Shown here one piece after another: positions 52,473 through 63,844 of a stretch of DNA of 64,000 nt (positions within the stretch are counted from its first letter, which is position 1; every line of letters starts with the position of its first letter). Position numbers and translations under genes: made by a program. The notes below the pieces were generated by a model. That model worked only from the letters and a program-made list of their open reading frames with translations. It was not told the DNA's origin and made no database searches. The stretch is taken from positions 78,138 to 142,137 of the forward strand of contig JAHLLQ010000008.1 in the NCBI GenBank assembly GCA_020444065.1, read 5' to 3'. Origin of the DNA: a bacterium. GTDB taxonomy: Bacteria > Sumerlaeota > Sumerlaeia > SLMS01 > JAHLLQ01.

Positions 52473-54557
52473 TCAATGCAACATCCAGTAATCCGCCGTC
52501 GGAGTCCGGAAGTCGAACGTGATCTGTGGCTCGAGCGGAGCGAAATTCTGCCAGTTGCCTGCGTTGTCGAGAGCCAGTGTCCAGACCTCGTAGACGCCTT
52601 CGCCGCCGGTCTGGCTTGTGTCGAAGTTAATCGCCGCTCGACGGCCCGGCGTGAACTCGCCGTTGTATTGCTCGGGCGCATCGCCGTCCTTCGAGTAGAT
52701 CACTTTAATGCTCTGCACACCGCTGGCGCGTTCGTGCTTGGTCAATCTGAGCTCATCCGTGTATTCGTAGAGCAACGGAACGATGGGATCCTCCTGGGCA
52801 ACGAGACCGACAGGCGATTCGGCAGCGCTGAATGGATCGATACGATCGAGCTCAATCGAAGCGTTAACCGTTTGCCCAGCGCCGGCGCTGTTGCGCGCGC
52901 GTGCGTACAATGTATGCACACCTTCCACATCGGAAAGGGCGAACATCGTGTTGTTCTGGCCTGTGTAGGTCAGACTTGTGACGCCCGTCTCGAAGGAGGG
53001 ATCCTCGCTGAACTGAACCTCATCCGGTTCGTTTTCCAGGTCCACAAGGAAGTAGGCACGGACAATCCGGTTGTTCGTGTATTTCGTCGGATCGGCGTTG
53101 TCTGTCGGCGTGTAGTCATAGAGAGCGACTCCGCGCAGATCCGATGGCGTCGTATTCGTTCGCGTGAAGTTGAAGGAGACATCCGGTGTCGTCGGATCCG
53201 ATTCCCAATTGCCGGCCACGTCCCGCGTGATGGTCCACAAGCGGAAGTAGCCGCTTCCACCGACGCGCGACGTGTCGAAGTTGATCAAGCCTGAAGCACG
53301 TCCGGAACCCGGGGTAAACTCGCCGTTGTACTGCTGCGGTGCGTCGCCGTCCTTCGAATAAATCAACACTACCGAAGAGACGCCGCTTGCGCGATCTCCT
53401 CTTCCCTTCTGGTCGGTGAAATCGTACTGAACCGGCACGACAGGATCGGGTTGTTCAACGTCCTTGCTGGGTTCGAAGACCAACGATGCCGGATTCGTAC
53501 GATCCAACTCGATATCCCATGTCACGACATTGCTCTGTCCCGAATCGCCGGCCGCGCGGCAATAGAGCGTATAGACTCCATCTGCCGACGGAAGATCATA
53601 GGTGATCATCTGGCTCGATGCGTAGGCGTAAGTGGCGGCCGTTTGGAACTCGGGATCGATCGCGAGCTGAATCTCTTTCGGGAACTCGCTCGAAGCCAGC
53701 GAGTAGTGGACGACGATCCGTCGGTTGTTTGTGAAGTGGGTTGGATCGGCATTGCCGGTTGGATCGCTGTCCGACGGAATGATCCCCGCAAGGCTTGGCG
53801 TACCGCTGCCTTGCACGCGCCGGTAGTCGAACGCAATATCGGCTTTCGAGGGCTCCTCTTCTCTGTTGCCCGCTCTATCCCTTGCGACTGACCAGACTTC
53901 GTAGTGTCCGTCCCCGCCCGTTTCGCGAGTATCGAATGGAATGCCGGCGCGGTAGCCGGCTCGCCCGGGCGTGAATTCGCCGTTGTATTGCTGAGGCGGC
54001 TCGCCGTCCTTCGAGTAGATGATCACCACGCCACCGACACCACTGGCGCGGACATCGGTCGGATCGCCCACCTCAAACCCCAGGTCTATTATGGGATCGA
54101 ACTGCTCGATAGAGCCGTTTGGTGACAGCAAGTCCGACTTCGGCGGAATCGGGTCGTACTCGATCTCGGCCGTAGTGGTGTTGCTTACGCCGGCCAGATT
54201 GGCAGCACGCGCGTATATCGTGGCCAGGCGTGGGCCCTTGTCGACGATCTTGAAATCGAAGATCGTCTCTCCATTGAAGACGTACTGCTCGTAGCTTCCG
54301 AAGTCAGAGTCTTCGGAGATTTGGACGAGCTTCGGAATCCCGTAGCCGCCGAACTTCAATTCAACTGTTACGTCGACCTCATTCGTGTAGGCGTTGGGAT
54401 TGTCATTCCCGTCCGGTCTCGCATCGCTTACGGTCATGGTGGCGATGAAGGGAGGCTCGGCCGCTGTTGCAGGCGCAGCCAGCCAAAGGCACAGCGCCAT
54501 CAGGGAGAAAACGATAAGGCGACAATTAAGGGCAGCATGGCCCGGAAGGATTTTCAT
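52473..54557 (-). CDS. Secreted protein composed of three ~220-aa tandem repeat modules (Ig-like/beta-sandwich pairs), function unknown
   Basis: 694 aa with a signal peptide (LIVFSLMALCLWLAAPATA). Recurring block: IYSKDG(E/D)(P/A)P(Q/E)QYNGEFTPG...FDT(R/S)..GG.G.(Y/F).(V/L)W....D.AGN. Confidence 0.7.
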   Translation of the reverse strand: MKILPGHAALNCRLIVFSLMALCLWLAAPATAAEPPFIATMTVSDARPDGNDNPNAYTNEVDVTVELKFGGYGIPKLVQISEDSDFGSYEQYVFNGETIFDFKIVDKGPRLATIYARAANLAGVSNTTTAEIEYDPIPPKSDLLSPNGSIEQFDPIIDLGFEVGDPTDVRASGVGGVVIIYSKDGEPPQQYNGEFTPGRAGYRAGIPFDTRETGGDGHYEVWSVARDRAGNREEEPSKADIAFDYRRVQGSGTPSLAGIIPSDSDPTGNADPTHFTNNRRIVVHYSLASSEFPKEIQLAIDPEFQTAATYAYASSQMITYDLPSADGVYTLYCRAAGDSGQSNVVTWDIELDRTNPASLVFEPSKDVEQPDPVVPVQYDFTDQKGRGDRASGVSSVVLIYSKDGDAPQQYNGEFTPGSGRASGLINFDTSRVGGSGYFRLWTITRDVAGNWESDPTTPDVSFNFTRTNTTPSDLRGVALYDYTPTDNADPTKYTNNRIVRAYFLVDLENEPDEVQFSEDPSFETGVTSLTYTGQNNTMFALSDVEGVHTLYARARNSAGAGQTVNASIELDRIDPFSAAESPVGLVAQEDPIVPLLYEYTDELRLTKHERASGVQSIKVIYSKDGDAPEQYNGEFTPGRRAAINFDTSQTGGEGVYEVWTLALDNAGNWQNFAPLEPQITFDFRTPTADYWMLH
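52476..54458 (-). repeat. Three diverged tandem coding repeats, period ~660 bp
   Basis: The DNA motif GTGAA(C/T)TCGCCGTTGTA(T/C)TGCT...TCGCCGTCCTTCGA(G/A)TA(G/A)AT recurs at ~52651, ~53313 and ~53971. Confidence 0.75.
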
Positions 54558-54740
54558 AATGCCGGCACCCGAGAAAAATATGGATGAACTATATCGGTAT
54601 TATGGTGCCGGTATGCGCACGCTGGCAAGTGGCGTGTGAAAAACTCGCCCCTCAGCCTGCCGACTGATCCTCTTTGTGCACAGACCTTTGTGTTGGACAC
54701 CTGGTTATTTCTAGCCGGGAAGCCAATCTATCTCCAATGA

Positions 54741-54774
54741 AGAGAGGCCCCTGGCGCGTACCAGGGGCCTCTCT
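54741..54774 (-). terminator. Strong hairpin downstream of katG (possible terminator)
   Basis: AGAGAGGCCCCTGG-cgcgta-CCAGGGGCCTCTCT forms a 14-bp stem. The flanking T-tract is weak. Confidence 0.5.
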
Positions 54775-54805
54775 CTTCATTGCCAGCACTCTGTTCGTCG
54801 GGAGA

Positions 54806-57001
<2,196 letters not shown>

Positions 57002-57090
57002 TTATGGGAATCAAGGCTGTGCCGGCGCCAGAAGCTTCCTGCTCGCCATCAACCACTTGCGTGCTAGCACCCCATGTGCCTATAAGTGAA

Positions 57091-57126
57091 ATACAAGTTT
57101 CCTAAGAGGCGATAGGCAGAGCCTAT
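57091..57126. promoter_or_regulatory. Candidate OxyR/LysR-type box: ATACaagtttcCTAA-gaggcg-ATAGgcagagcCTAT
   Basis: The second half-site matches ATAG-N7-CTAT exactly and the first is degenerate. It ends 4 nt before the oxyR ATG, in the katG-oxyR divergent region. Confidence 0.45.
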
Positions 57127-57130
57127 AGTT

Positions 57131-58051
57131 ATGGATATTCAACGATTACGGTATTTCCTCGAAGTTGCCCGACAGAAAAACTTCTCCCGAGCGGCCGAGA
57201 TTTGTCATGTTTCGCAACCGTCTCTCAGTCAGCAGATCAAGAAACTGGAAGAGGAGGTCGATGGGCCGCTCTTCCTGCGCAACCGCGGCCGCATTACGCT
57301 CTCGCCGCTGGGGGAGTCTTTTCTAAAGTATGCGCAAACCATTATGGCGAGCGTCGCTTCCGCCGAGGAGTTTGTTGCCGAGACCCGATCAAATGCCCGC
57401 CGAACGATCCGCTTCGGCGCCATCCCCACCATCGCGCCCTACATAGTGCCTCAGATCTTCGCTGCTGTTTCCAAGAGCGTGCCGGGCATCAAGTTCGAGC
57501 TGCTGGAGAGTCAGACCGAGTTTTTGACCGAGGCGCTCACCATCGGCACGATTGATTTTGCGATCATGAGCCCTCCCACCAGCATCGACAACATCTGCGA
57601 TCACCTGACACTCCGCCGCGACGAGCTCTTGCTGACGCTCCCAGCGAACCATCCCCTGGCAAAGGCCCGGAGCATCACGCCGGCAAAGCTCAATGAGGAG
57701 TCCATCATCATGCTCGAAGACTCCCACTGCCTCGCGCGCCAGGTGTCGGCCTACTGCGCGACAGCCGGCCTCACGCCGGACGTCAGCATCCGCGGCTCTC
57801 AGATCGAGACGCTCCTCCGACTCGTCGAACTCGGCTTCGGCCTCACTTTCACGCCGCGAATCGCAGTCGATGACAGCAAGAAACGGAAGCTCGTCTTCCG
57901 CCAGATTTCTAAAGACCCCTGCTACCGCGAGATTCGCCTTGTGTGGCTGCAGCAACCCATCCTGGCGCGATCACAGAAACTCACCATCAATGCCATTGAA
58001 GAATTCTTCGGCTTGGCAGAGCCAGTATCTGCTCTCCCCAAGCCGCATTGA
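57131..58051 (+). CDS. oxyR: LysR-family peroxide-sensing regulator OxyR
   Basis: 306 aa. HTH: FSRAAEICHVSQPSLSQQIKKLEEE. Redox Cys pair in the E. coli-like context MLEDSHCLARQVSAYCATAG (two Cys 9 residues apart). Divergent from katG. Confidence 0.85.
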   Translation: MDIQRLRYFLEVARQKNFSRAAEICHVSQPSLSQQIKKLEEEVDGPLFLRNRGRITLSPLGESFLKYAQTIMASVASAEEFVAETRSNARRTIRFGAIPTIAPYIVPQIFAAVSKSVPGIKFELLESQTEFLTEALTIGTIDFAIMSPPTSIDNICDHLTLRRDELLLTLPANHPLAKARSITPAKLNEESIIMLEDSHCLARQVSAYCATAGLTPDVSIRGSQIETLLRLVELGFGLTFTPRIAVDDSKKRKLVFRQISKDPCYREIRLVWLQQPILARSQKLTINAIEEFFGLAEPVSALPKPH

Positions 58052-58145
58052 AGCCAGAGAACTCGAGTTCGCCACTAACAAGCGGCGACCCGCGCCCTCC
58101 CACCATGGCAGGTTTTGGGCGCGGGCTACCGGCAACGGAGATGCC

Positions 58146-58883
58146 TTAGTGGTGAGTCAGTTCTGAAACCGCCCCAGACATCGCCTCGACTGCCTCCGCT
58201 GTGGAAAAGACATGGCTGGCAATCATGCGGAAGTTGACGCATGCCGCAACAAACCCATCCATGCCCGGGACCTTAGCTGCTGCGGTAGCATCGGCGACCA
58301 CCGCGACTTCGAAGCCCTGCTCGACGAGATCTCGCAGATGTGATTCTACGCACAGATTCGCGGACATTCCGGCAAGGAGAACCTTGCTGATGCCACGCTT
58401 GCGAAGCTGGAGCGTCAGATCATTGTTTTGAGGGCCGTAGACTTTGTGGGGACTCGTGATCACCGTCTCAGCCCTGTTGATGTATGGTTTGTAGCGCTGG
58501 AGCCAGTCGGCTCCACTGCCATCCATGCCTTCCATACTCAGTGCCCCGGGCCGATCGAACATGCCGATCGAGTGCATCAACCTCTCGAGGGCGCCTTCGA
58601 ATTTCCAACCGTGATCGTGTGGGAAGTAGTAGTGTGGGCTGATGAAGAGTTGAATTCCATTCTGGTAAGCGGTCATCATTAGAAGCTCGATGTTCCCGAC
58701 GGCTTGATTTTCCCGAACGCTTTCGCCGACGACACCGAATGCCGCGCCGTTTTCATGCAGGAAGTCATTCTGTGGATCGACGACGAGGAGTGCGGTAACT
58801 CCTGCTGTTATTGTGAAGCTCGGATCTGGGATTCCCGAGTCGGGGAGTGACGCGCGCATTGCTTCAAAGTACGTGGGATTCAT
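58146..58883 (-). CDS. Isochorismatase-family cysteine hydrolase
   Basis: ORF trimmed to the ATG at 58883 (MNPTYFE, AGGAGA SD). Motifs: ALLVVDPQNDF (Asp), catalytic Cys context LLAGMSANLCVESHLRD. Confidence 0.8.
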   Translation of the reverse strand: MNPTYFEAMRASLPDSGIPDPSFTITAGVTALLVVDPQNDFLHENGAAFGVVGESVRENQAVGNIELLMMTAYQNGIQLFISPHYYFPHDHGWKFEGALERLMHSIGMFDRPGALSMEGMDGSGADWLQRYKPYINRAETVITSPHKVYGPQNNDLTLQLRKRGISKVLLAGMSANLCVESHLRDLVEQGFEVAVVADATAAAKVPGMDGFVAACVNFRMIASHVFSTAEAVEAMSGAVSELTHH

Positions 58884-58985
58884 AAGATATCTCCTGAGTG
58901 CATCTGGATTTGTTGCATGGATTGTCCGCTGTTGCTGAGACGTCAGCATGAGGGGAGTGGTCCCCCCATGCTGTACGATCGGGAC

Positions 58986-59528
58986 TCAACAGGCGCACTG
59001 CACCGGTTCGACTTTCGGGAAATCCACTTCGGTTTCGGCAACGTTGTTGAAAAGGTTCGTGTAGAAGTTGAGTGCAACGTTGGCGACGACTTCCGCGATT
59101 TGCGCCTCAGTGAGTTCAGCCTTAGCCGCTTCGATCTGTTCGGCGGGCACGCGTCCGCGATCGCGAGCGATGGCAGTCGCAAGCTCGACGACGGCCCGCT
59201 GACGCGGCGTGGTGCCGAGACCCTGGCGTGCGGCCAGGATGACGTCTTCCTTCAGGCCGACCATCTTGGCCAAGGCGCTGTGCGCGGAGGCGCAATACTC
59301 GCAGCCGTTCACCTCGGCAACCGCCAGGCTGATGAGTTCGCGTTCCCGAGCGTCGAGGGTGCCGGCAACCAGGGTGCTGAAGCTCAGGTAGCCCTCGAGC
59401 ACCGGCGTCGAGGCGGCCATCGTCTTGACCATATTCGGGACAAGGCCCAGCTTCGATTTGACGGCGCCGTAGAGCTCGCTGGTGTGGCCTGTCGCTTCGG
59501 ACTCGGAGATTGGAGTGATTCTCTGCAT
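58986..59528 (-). CDS. Carboxymuconolactone decarboxylase / AhpD-family alkylhydroperoxidase-like protein
   Basis: 180 aa. AhpD-core motif EVNGCEYCASAH (CxxC...H). Confidence 0.8.
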   Translation of the reverse strand: MQRITPISESEATGHTSELYGAVKSKLGLVPNMVKTMAASTPVLEGYLSFSTLVAGTLDARERELISLAVAEVNGCEYCASAHSALAKMVGLKEDVILAARQGLGTTPRQRAVVELATAIARDRGRVPAEQIEAAKAELTEAQIAEVVANVALNFYTNLFNNVAETEVDFPKVEPVQCAC

Positions 59529-59593
59529 TGTTCTGATTCCTTTTGGTGGGGAGTTTGTTTGTCCCGCGAATCGGCGTGACGCCGGCTTCTAGT

Positions 59594-59609
59594 TGCGGAG
59601 ACTGTGCCG
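59594..59609 (-). promoter_or_regulatory. Candidate sigma-54 promoter (-24 cGGCAC / -12 ccGCA)
   Basis: Minus-strand sequence CGGCACAGTCTCCGCA has the GG and GC dinucleotides at the canonical spacing. It lies ~66 nt upstream of the AhpD-like ATG (59528). The -12 box is degenerate compared with TTGCA. Confidence 0.4.
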
Positions 59610-59680
59610 CCAGGCTGGGCCTGTATGGATGGCTGATTTTGTTGGATTTGCGAGGTGGGGTGGCCGCGTCTTTGCGGAAC

Positions 59681-59728
59681 GCATTTGCGTTTTTTGCGCT
59701 TTTGCGTTGCGTGATCCAGCGCAAATGC
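59681..59728. promoter_or_regulatory. Inverted repeat GCATTTGCG...CGCAAATGC plus reiterated TTTGCG motifs (candidate enhancer/UAS)
   Basis: 9-bp arms at 59681-59689 and 59720-59728. Between 59668 and 59712 the TTGCG core occurs five times (four as TTTGCG). Lies between the sigma-54 activator gene and the candidate -24/-12 promoter. Confidence 0.4.
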
Positions 59729-59759
59729 ATTTCATTCCACAGGGTACATTTCCCGAAAG

Positions 59760-61355
59760 GTGTCGAGTCTCTTGAACATTGATACCCTGCAACTCGTCAT
59801 GGTCGCCGTGACTGGAGAACGGTCTCCCGAACGCGTACTCCAGAGCATCGTCAGTGGCCTGACGAGCCCGGTCGGCTTCGCTCTGACGCGCGTCTGGGTT
59901 CTCGGTCCGGGAGATCTTTGCGAGACTTGCCGCCTGGCAAGAGCCTGCTCCGACAAGAGCCAGTGCCTGCACCTGGCCGCCAGCGCAGGACGTTCGGGCA
60001 ATGATCCATCGATCACTTGGGACAAAATCGATGGTGATTTCGCGCGCTTCCCGCTCAACTACCGCAAGATCGGCCACATCGGGGCGACGGGTGAAGCGCT
60101 GCTGATCGAGAATGTCGCCGACGATACGCAATGGATGATCGACCAGGATTGGGCCGCGAACGAAGGAATCCGCAGCTTCGCCGGTCAACCCCTCGTTTTT
60201 CGTGGCGATGTTCTCGGCGTGCTGGGGATATTCTGTCGAGAGCACATCACCACGGAAGAATTCCGTTGGCTGCGGATCTTCGCGGATCAAGCTGCAGTCG
60301 CGTTGGCGAACGCTCGAGCGTTTGCCGAGATCGAGCGCTTGAAGGCAGAGCTCGAGGACGAGAACGCTCTCTTGCGCGAAGAGGTGACAGGATTCGATGC
60401 GCACCAGGAATTGCTCGGTCAAAGCCCGGCGATGCGGCACTTATTGGAGCAGGTGGAACTCGTGGCGCCGACAGACGCCGCCATCCTGATTCTCGGCGAA
60501 TCTGGATCCGGCAAGGAATTGGCCGCCCGCGCGGTGCATCGTCGAAGTCGTCGTGCCGATCGGCCACTCGTTCGAGTCAACTGCGCGGCGATCCCACGCG
60601 AGCTCTTCGAGAGCGAGTTCTTTGGCCATGTGAAGGGGGCATTCACTGGCGCGGTCAGAGATCGCGTTGGGCGGTTTCAACTCGCGGATCGGGGGACGCT
60701 TTTTCTCGATGAAATCGGGGAGATCCCGCTCGACCTGCAGAGCAAACTTCTCCGCGTCCTGCAGGAAGGCGAGTTCGAACGCATTGGCGAAGCGACGACA
60801 CGAAAGGTTTCCGTCCGAATCATTGCTGCCACGAATCGCGACCTAAAGGCGGAAGTTCTAAAGGGAAGATTTCGCGAGGATCTCTACTATCGGCTGAGTG
60901 TTTTTCCAGTCAGTGTGCCGCCGTTGCGGGAACGGAGAGAAGACATCCCCATGCTCCTTGCGCATTTCGTTCGAGAAGCCACGCATCGACTTGGAGTGAA
61001 AGCCCCATCTGTCTCCGCGCGCGAAGTCTCTCGCCTTCAGCATTACAATTGGCCTGGGAACGTGCGCGAACTCGGACATGTTGTGGAACGTGCCGTGATC
61101 ATGGCTCGAGGCGGAAAGGCCGACTTCTCCTTTGTCACCTCCAGCACTCCGGGGCTTTCGAAGGAGGAGAATTCCAAGAGTAGCCCCGACGTTCTCCGAG
61201 ACAAGGAACTCCGCGCCGAGCAGATCGCGAATATTCGCCGAGCCCTCGATGAGACCGGCGGCCGGATCTATGGCGCCGGCGGAGCCGCAGAACTCCTCGG
61301 CATTCCGCCCAGCACGCTCACCTCGCGGATCCGCCGATGGAAGATCCGAAACTGA
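59760..61355 (+). CDS. Sigma-54-dependent transcriptional activator with N-terminal GAF domain carrying a 4-Cys insert
   Basis: 531 aa with a GTG start (uncertain; ATG at 59799 is the alternative). GAF-like region to ~residue 190, AAA+ domain ([29 protein letters not shown]), [22 protein letters not shown]. Insert: [16 protein letters not shown] at residues 54-69. Confidence 0.85.
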   Translation: MSSLLNIDTLQLVMVAVTGERSPERVLQSIVSGLTSPVGFALTRVWVLGPGDLCETCRLARACSDKSQCLHLAASAGRSGNDPSITWDKIDGDFARFPLNYRKIGHIGATGEALLIENVADDTQWMIDQDWAANEGIRSFAGQPLVFRGDVLGVLGIFCREHITTEEFRWLRIFADQAAVALANARAFAEIERLKAELEDENALLREEVTGFDAHQELLGQSPAMRHLLEQVELVAPTDAAILILGESGSGKELAARAVHRRSRRADRPLVRVNCAAIPRELFESEFFGHVKGAFTGAVRDRVGRFQLADRGTLFLDEIGEIPLDLQSKLLRVLQEGEFERIGEATTRKVSVRIIAATNRDLKAEVLKGRFREDLYYRLSVFPVSVPPLRERREDIPMLLAHFVREATHRLGVKAPSVSAREVSRLQHYNWPGNVRELGHVVERAVIMARGGKADFSFVTSSTPGLSKEENSKSSPDVLRDKELRAEQIANIRRALDETGGRIYGAGGAAELLGIPPSTLTSRIRRWKIRN

Positions 61356-61388
61356 AGAGCATGACTGGCGAATCCCCAAGGCTACATG

Positions 61389-62405
61389 TCAGTAGCTGAA
61401 GTGATCCAGCTTCACCTTCCCTCGGAAGATCCAGTAGATTGAAATGGTGTACGCTAGAACGCACGGCATTCCAATGATTGCAATGGTCAGCATGATCTTC
61501 AATGTCTTCTGTGACGACGCCGCAGTGTAGATCGTCAGGTTATTCGCCTCGTTCAGCGAGGAGACGATCATGTTTGGGTACATCCCGATGCCAAAGAGAG
61601 CGATCAGCGCCGCGATCGCGATACACGAGGAGATGAACGCGTGCCCCGGCTTGTGGACGTACACGGATCTTGGAATGTTGGCCACGGCCAGGACATTCAG
61701 AATCACAATTCCCCACACCCACGGAAAGTGCGAGAAGTTCGCGGTCATGGAAGGCACTTGCGTCAATGTGGCAATCGTAACGATCATGTAGAGGACGACG
61801 AAAATGGCAGTGCTGTGGATGATCCACCGCTTCGCTTTCTCATGCAGATCCCCCTCGGTCTTCAGGTAGATATAAATCGCCCCGTGCATCGTGAACATAC
61901 TGAGATTAAACAAGCCAACCAGCAGTGCGTACGGGCTCAACAGGTTGAAGAAGCCGCCCGTGTACTCCATGTCGGCTCCGATGGGAATTCCGATAACCAG
62001 ATTGCCCACTGCCACGCCAAATAGAATAGACGCGACAATACTGGCTACGCTGAACGCAATATCCCAGGACCGGCGCCACCACCTCATGGGCTCCTTGCTG
62101 CGGAACTCGATCGACACGGCACGGAAGATCAGCATGAAGAGCAGGATCATGAACGGAAGATAGAACGCGCTGAAGGCCGTTGCGTACGCGTTTGGGAAAG
62201 CGGCAAAGAGCGCACCGCCGGCCGTCACCAGCCACACCTCGTTGCCATCCCACACCGGGCCGATCGCATTGAGCATCGTGCGCCGCTCGATATCTCCGCG
62301 GGAGAAGAGATGGAGTGCCCCGACCCCCAGATCGAACCCGTCGAGGATTGCATAGCCAATCAGCAGGATGCCGAGCAGGGCGAACCAGACTACATTGAGA
62401 TCCAT
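61389..62405 (-). CDS. cydB: Cytochrome bd ubiquinol oxidase subunit II
   Basis: 338 aa. N-terminus VWFALLGILLIGYAILDGFDLGVGAL. Polytopic. One-nt overlap with cydA. Confidence 0.9.
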   Translation of the reverse strand: MDLNVVWFALLGILLIGYAILDGFDLGVGALHLFSRGDIERRTMLNAIGPVWDGNEVWLVTAGGALFAAFPNAYATAFSAFYLPFMILLFMLIFRAVSIEFRSKEPMRWWRRSWDIAFSVASIVASILFGVAVGNLVIGIPIGADMEYTGGFFNLLSPYALLVGLFNLSMFTMHGAIYIYLKTEGDLHEKAKRWIIHSTAIFVVLYMIVTIATLTQVPSMTANFSHFPWVWGIVILNVLAVANIPRSVYVHKPGHAFISSCIAIAALIALFGIGMYPNMIVSSLNEANNLTIYTAASSQKTLKIMLTIAIIGMPCVLAYTISIYWIFRGKVKLDHFSY

Positions 62406-63844
62406 CAGGTCTTCCCTTCTTCAGTCGGTGGAGTCTGCGATTCCAACATGTCGGCCCCAGCTTTTCGTTTGCCGGCGGCGGCCGCGAATCCCGCCTCTGC
62501 CATCCCGCGGTCGTCGTGCTCTGCCGATGGCCCAGCCTTGATCTTCCGATCAAGGAGGAAAAGAAACAGCAAGAGAAGCAGGAAGTAGATCAGGGTGAAG
62601 AGAATCAGCGAAGCGAGCACCGCCTCGGCGGCGACTGCCTTCGAAACACCATCAGTCGTTCGCAACAGCCCATACACAATCCACGGCTGGCGCCCCACCT
62701 CCGCCGCGACCCAGCCCGCCTGGTTGGCCAGGATTGGCCCCACCACGGAAAGAACAAAGATCCACAGCAGCCAGCGCATCCGGAAGATCCGGTCCCCTCG
62801 AAGTAGGAACACCGACAACCACGTAAGCCCGATGAAGTACATTCCCAGGGCGATCATCAGATGATATGTCTGAAACGGAATCTGCACGGGAGGGCGATCC
62901 TCCGGCGCCACTTGATCCATACCGGTTACCGGAGTCGTGAGATTCCAATGCACCAGAAAGCTTAGCCCGCCGGGAATCGGGATCCCAAAGCGAACTTCTT
63001 CCGCTTCGTTATCCGGAACTCCCATCAGGTAGATCGGGGTCGACTCTCTCGTTTCGTAAACGCCTTCAAACGCCGCGAGTTTCGCAGGCTGATACTCCGC
63101 CACGATTTCGGCACTCTTGTGGCCCACCAACAACTGGCTTACTGATGCGATCGCCGCGACAAACAGCGCGATCTTGAAACTCCTTCGCGCAAACTCGACG
63201 TGTTTTCCTTTCAGCAGGTACCACGCGCTGATGCTGAGGGCCAGGAACGCGCCTTGAAGGAACGCGCCAATCAGAACGTGGGTCAGCCGCGTCATGCTCG
63301 ATGGGTTGAAGACCATCGCCCAGAAATCCAGAATCTCGGCCCGCGCCATCAGGCCTTCGCCCACAATATGGAACCCCGCCGGCGTTTGCTGCCAACTATT
63401 GGCCACCACAATCCAGACAGCCGAAAACACGGAGCCCAAAAACACCATCACGGTGCTGAAGAAGTGCATCTTGGGACTGACCTTGTCCCAGCCAAACAAC
63501 AGAATCGCGAGGAACCCGGACTCCAGGAAAAAAGCAAAGATCCCCTCCGCCGCCAGCGCAGAACCGAACACGTCGCCCACGAACCGCGAATATGTGGCCC
63601 AGTTCGTTCCGAACTCGAACTCCATCACGATCCCGGTGGCCACACCCAACCCGAAGGTCAGTCCGAACACTCTCACCCAGAACTTGGTCAGTTGCTCGTA
63701 CAACGGGTCTTTCGTCCTCAGATAGAGCCCTTCCATGATCACGATCAACAACCCGAGACCGATGCTGAATGGGGGATAAAGGTAGTGGAACATCGCAGTG
63801 AGCGCGAATTGAACACGAGACAGGAAGACGACATCTAATTCCAT
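62405..63844 (-). CDS. cydA: Cytochrome bd ubiquinol oxidase subunit I
   Basis: 479 aa. N-terminus [24 protein letters not shown], plus [20 protein letters not shown]. ~45-aa hydrophilic C-terminal extension. Confidence 0.9.
   Translation of the reverse strand: MELDVVFLSRVQFALTAMFHYLYPPFSIGLGLLIVIMEGLYLRTKDPLYEQLTKFWVRVFGLTFGLGVATGIVMEFEFGTNWATYSRFVGDVFGSALAAEGIFAFFLESGFLAILLFGWDKVSPKMHFFSTVMVFLGSVFSAVWIVVANSWQQTPAGFHIVGEGLMARAEILDFWAMVFNPSSMTRLTHVLIGAFLQGAFLALSISAWYLLKGKHVEFARRSFKIALFVAAIASVSQLLVGHKSAEIVAEYQPAKLAAFEGVYETRESTPIYLMGVPDNEAEEVRFGIPIPGGLSFLVHWNLTTPVTGMDQVAPEDRPPVQIPFQTYHLMIALGMYFIGLTWLSVFLLRGDRIFRMRWLLWIFVLSVVGPILANQAGWVAAEVGRQPWIVYGLLRTTDGVSKAVAAEAVLASLILFTLIYFLLLLLFLFLLDRKIKAGPSAEHDDRGMAEAGFAAAAGKRKAGADMLESQTPPTEEGKT

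Noticed and set aside
52476-54458. Periodic ~660-bp DNA repeats as a possible non-coding repeat array or CRISPR-like structure.
   Set aside because: The period is far too long for CRISPR. The repeats are in frame within one uninterrupted ORF with a signal peptide, and the conservation is at the protein level.
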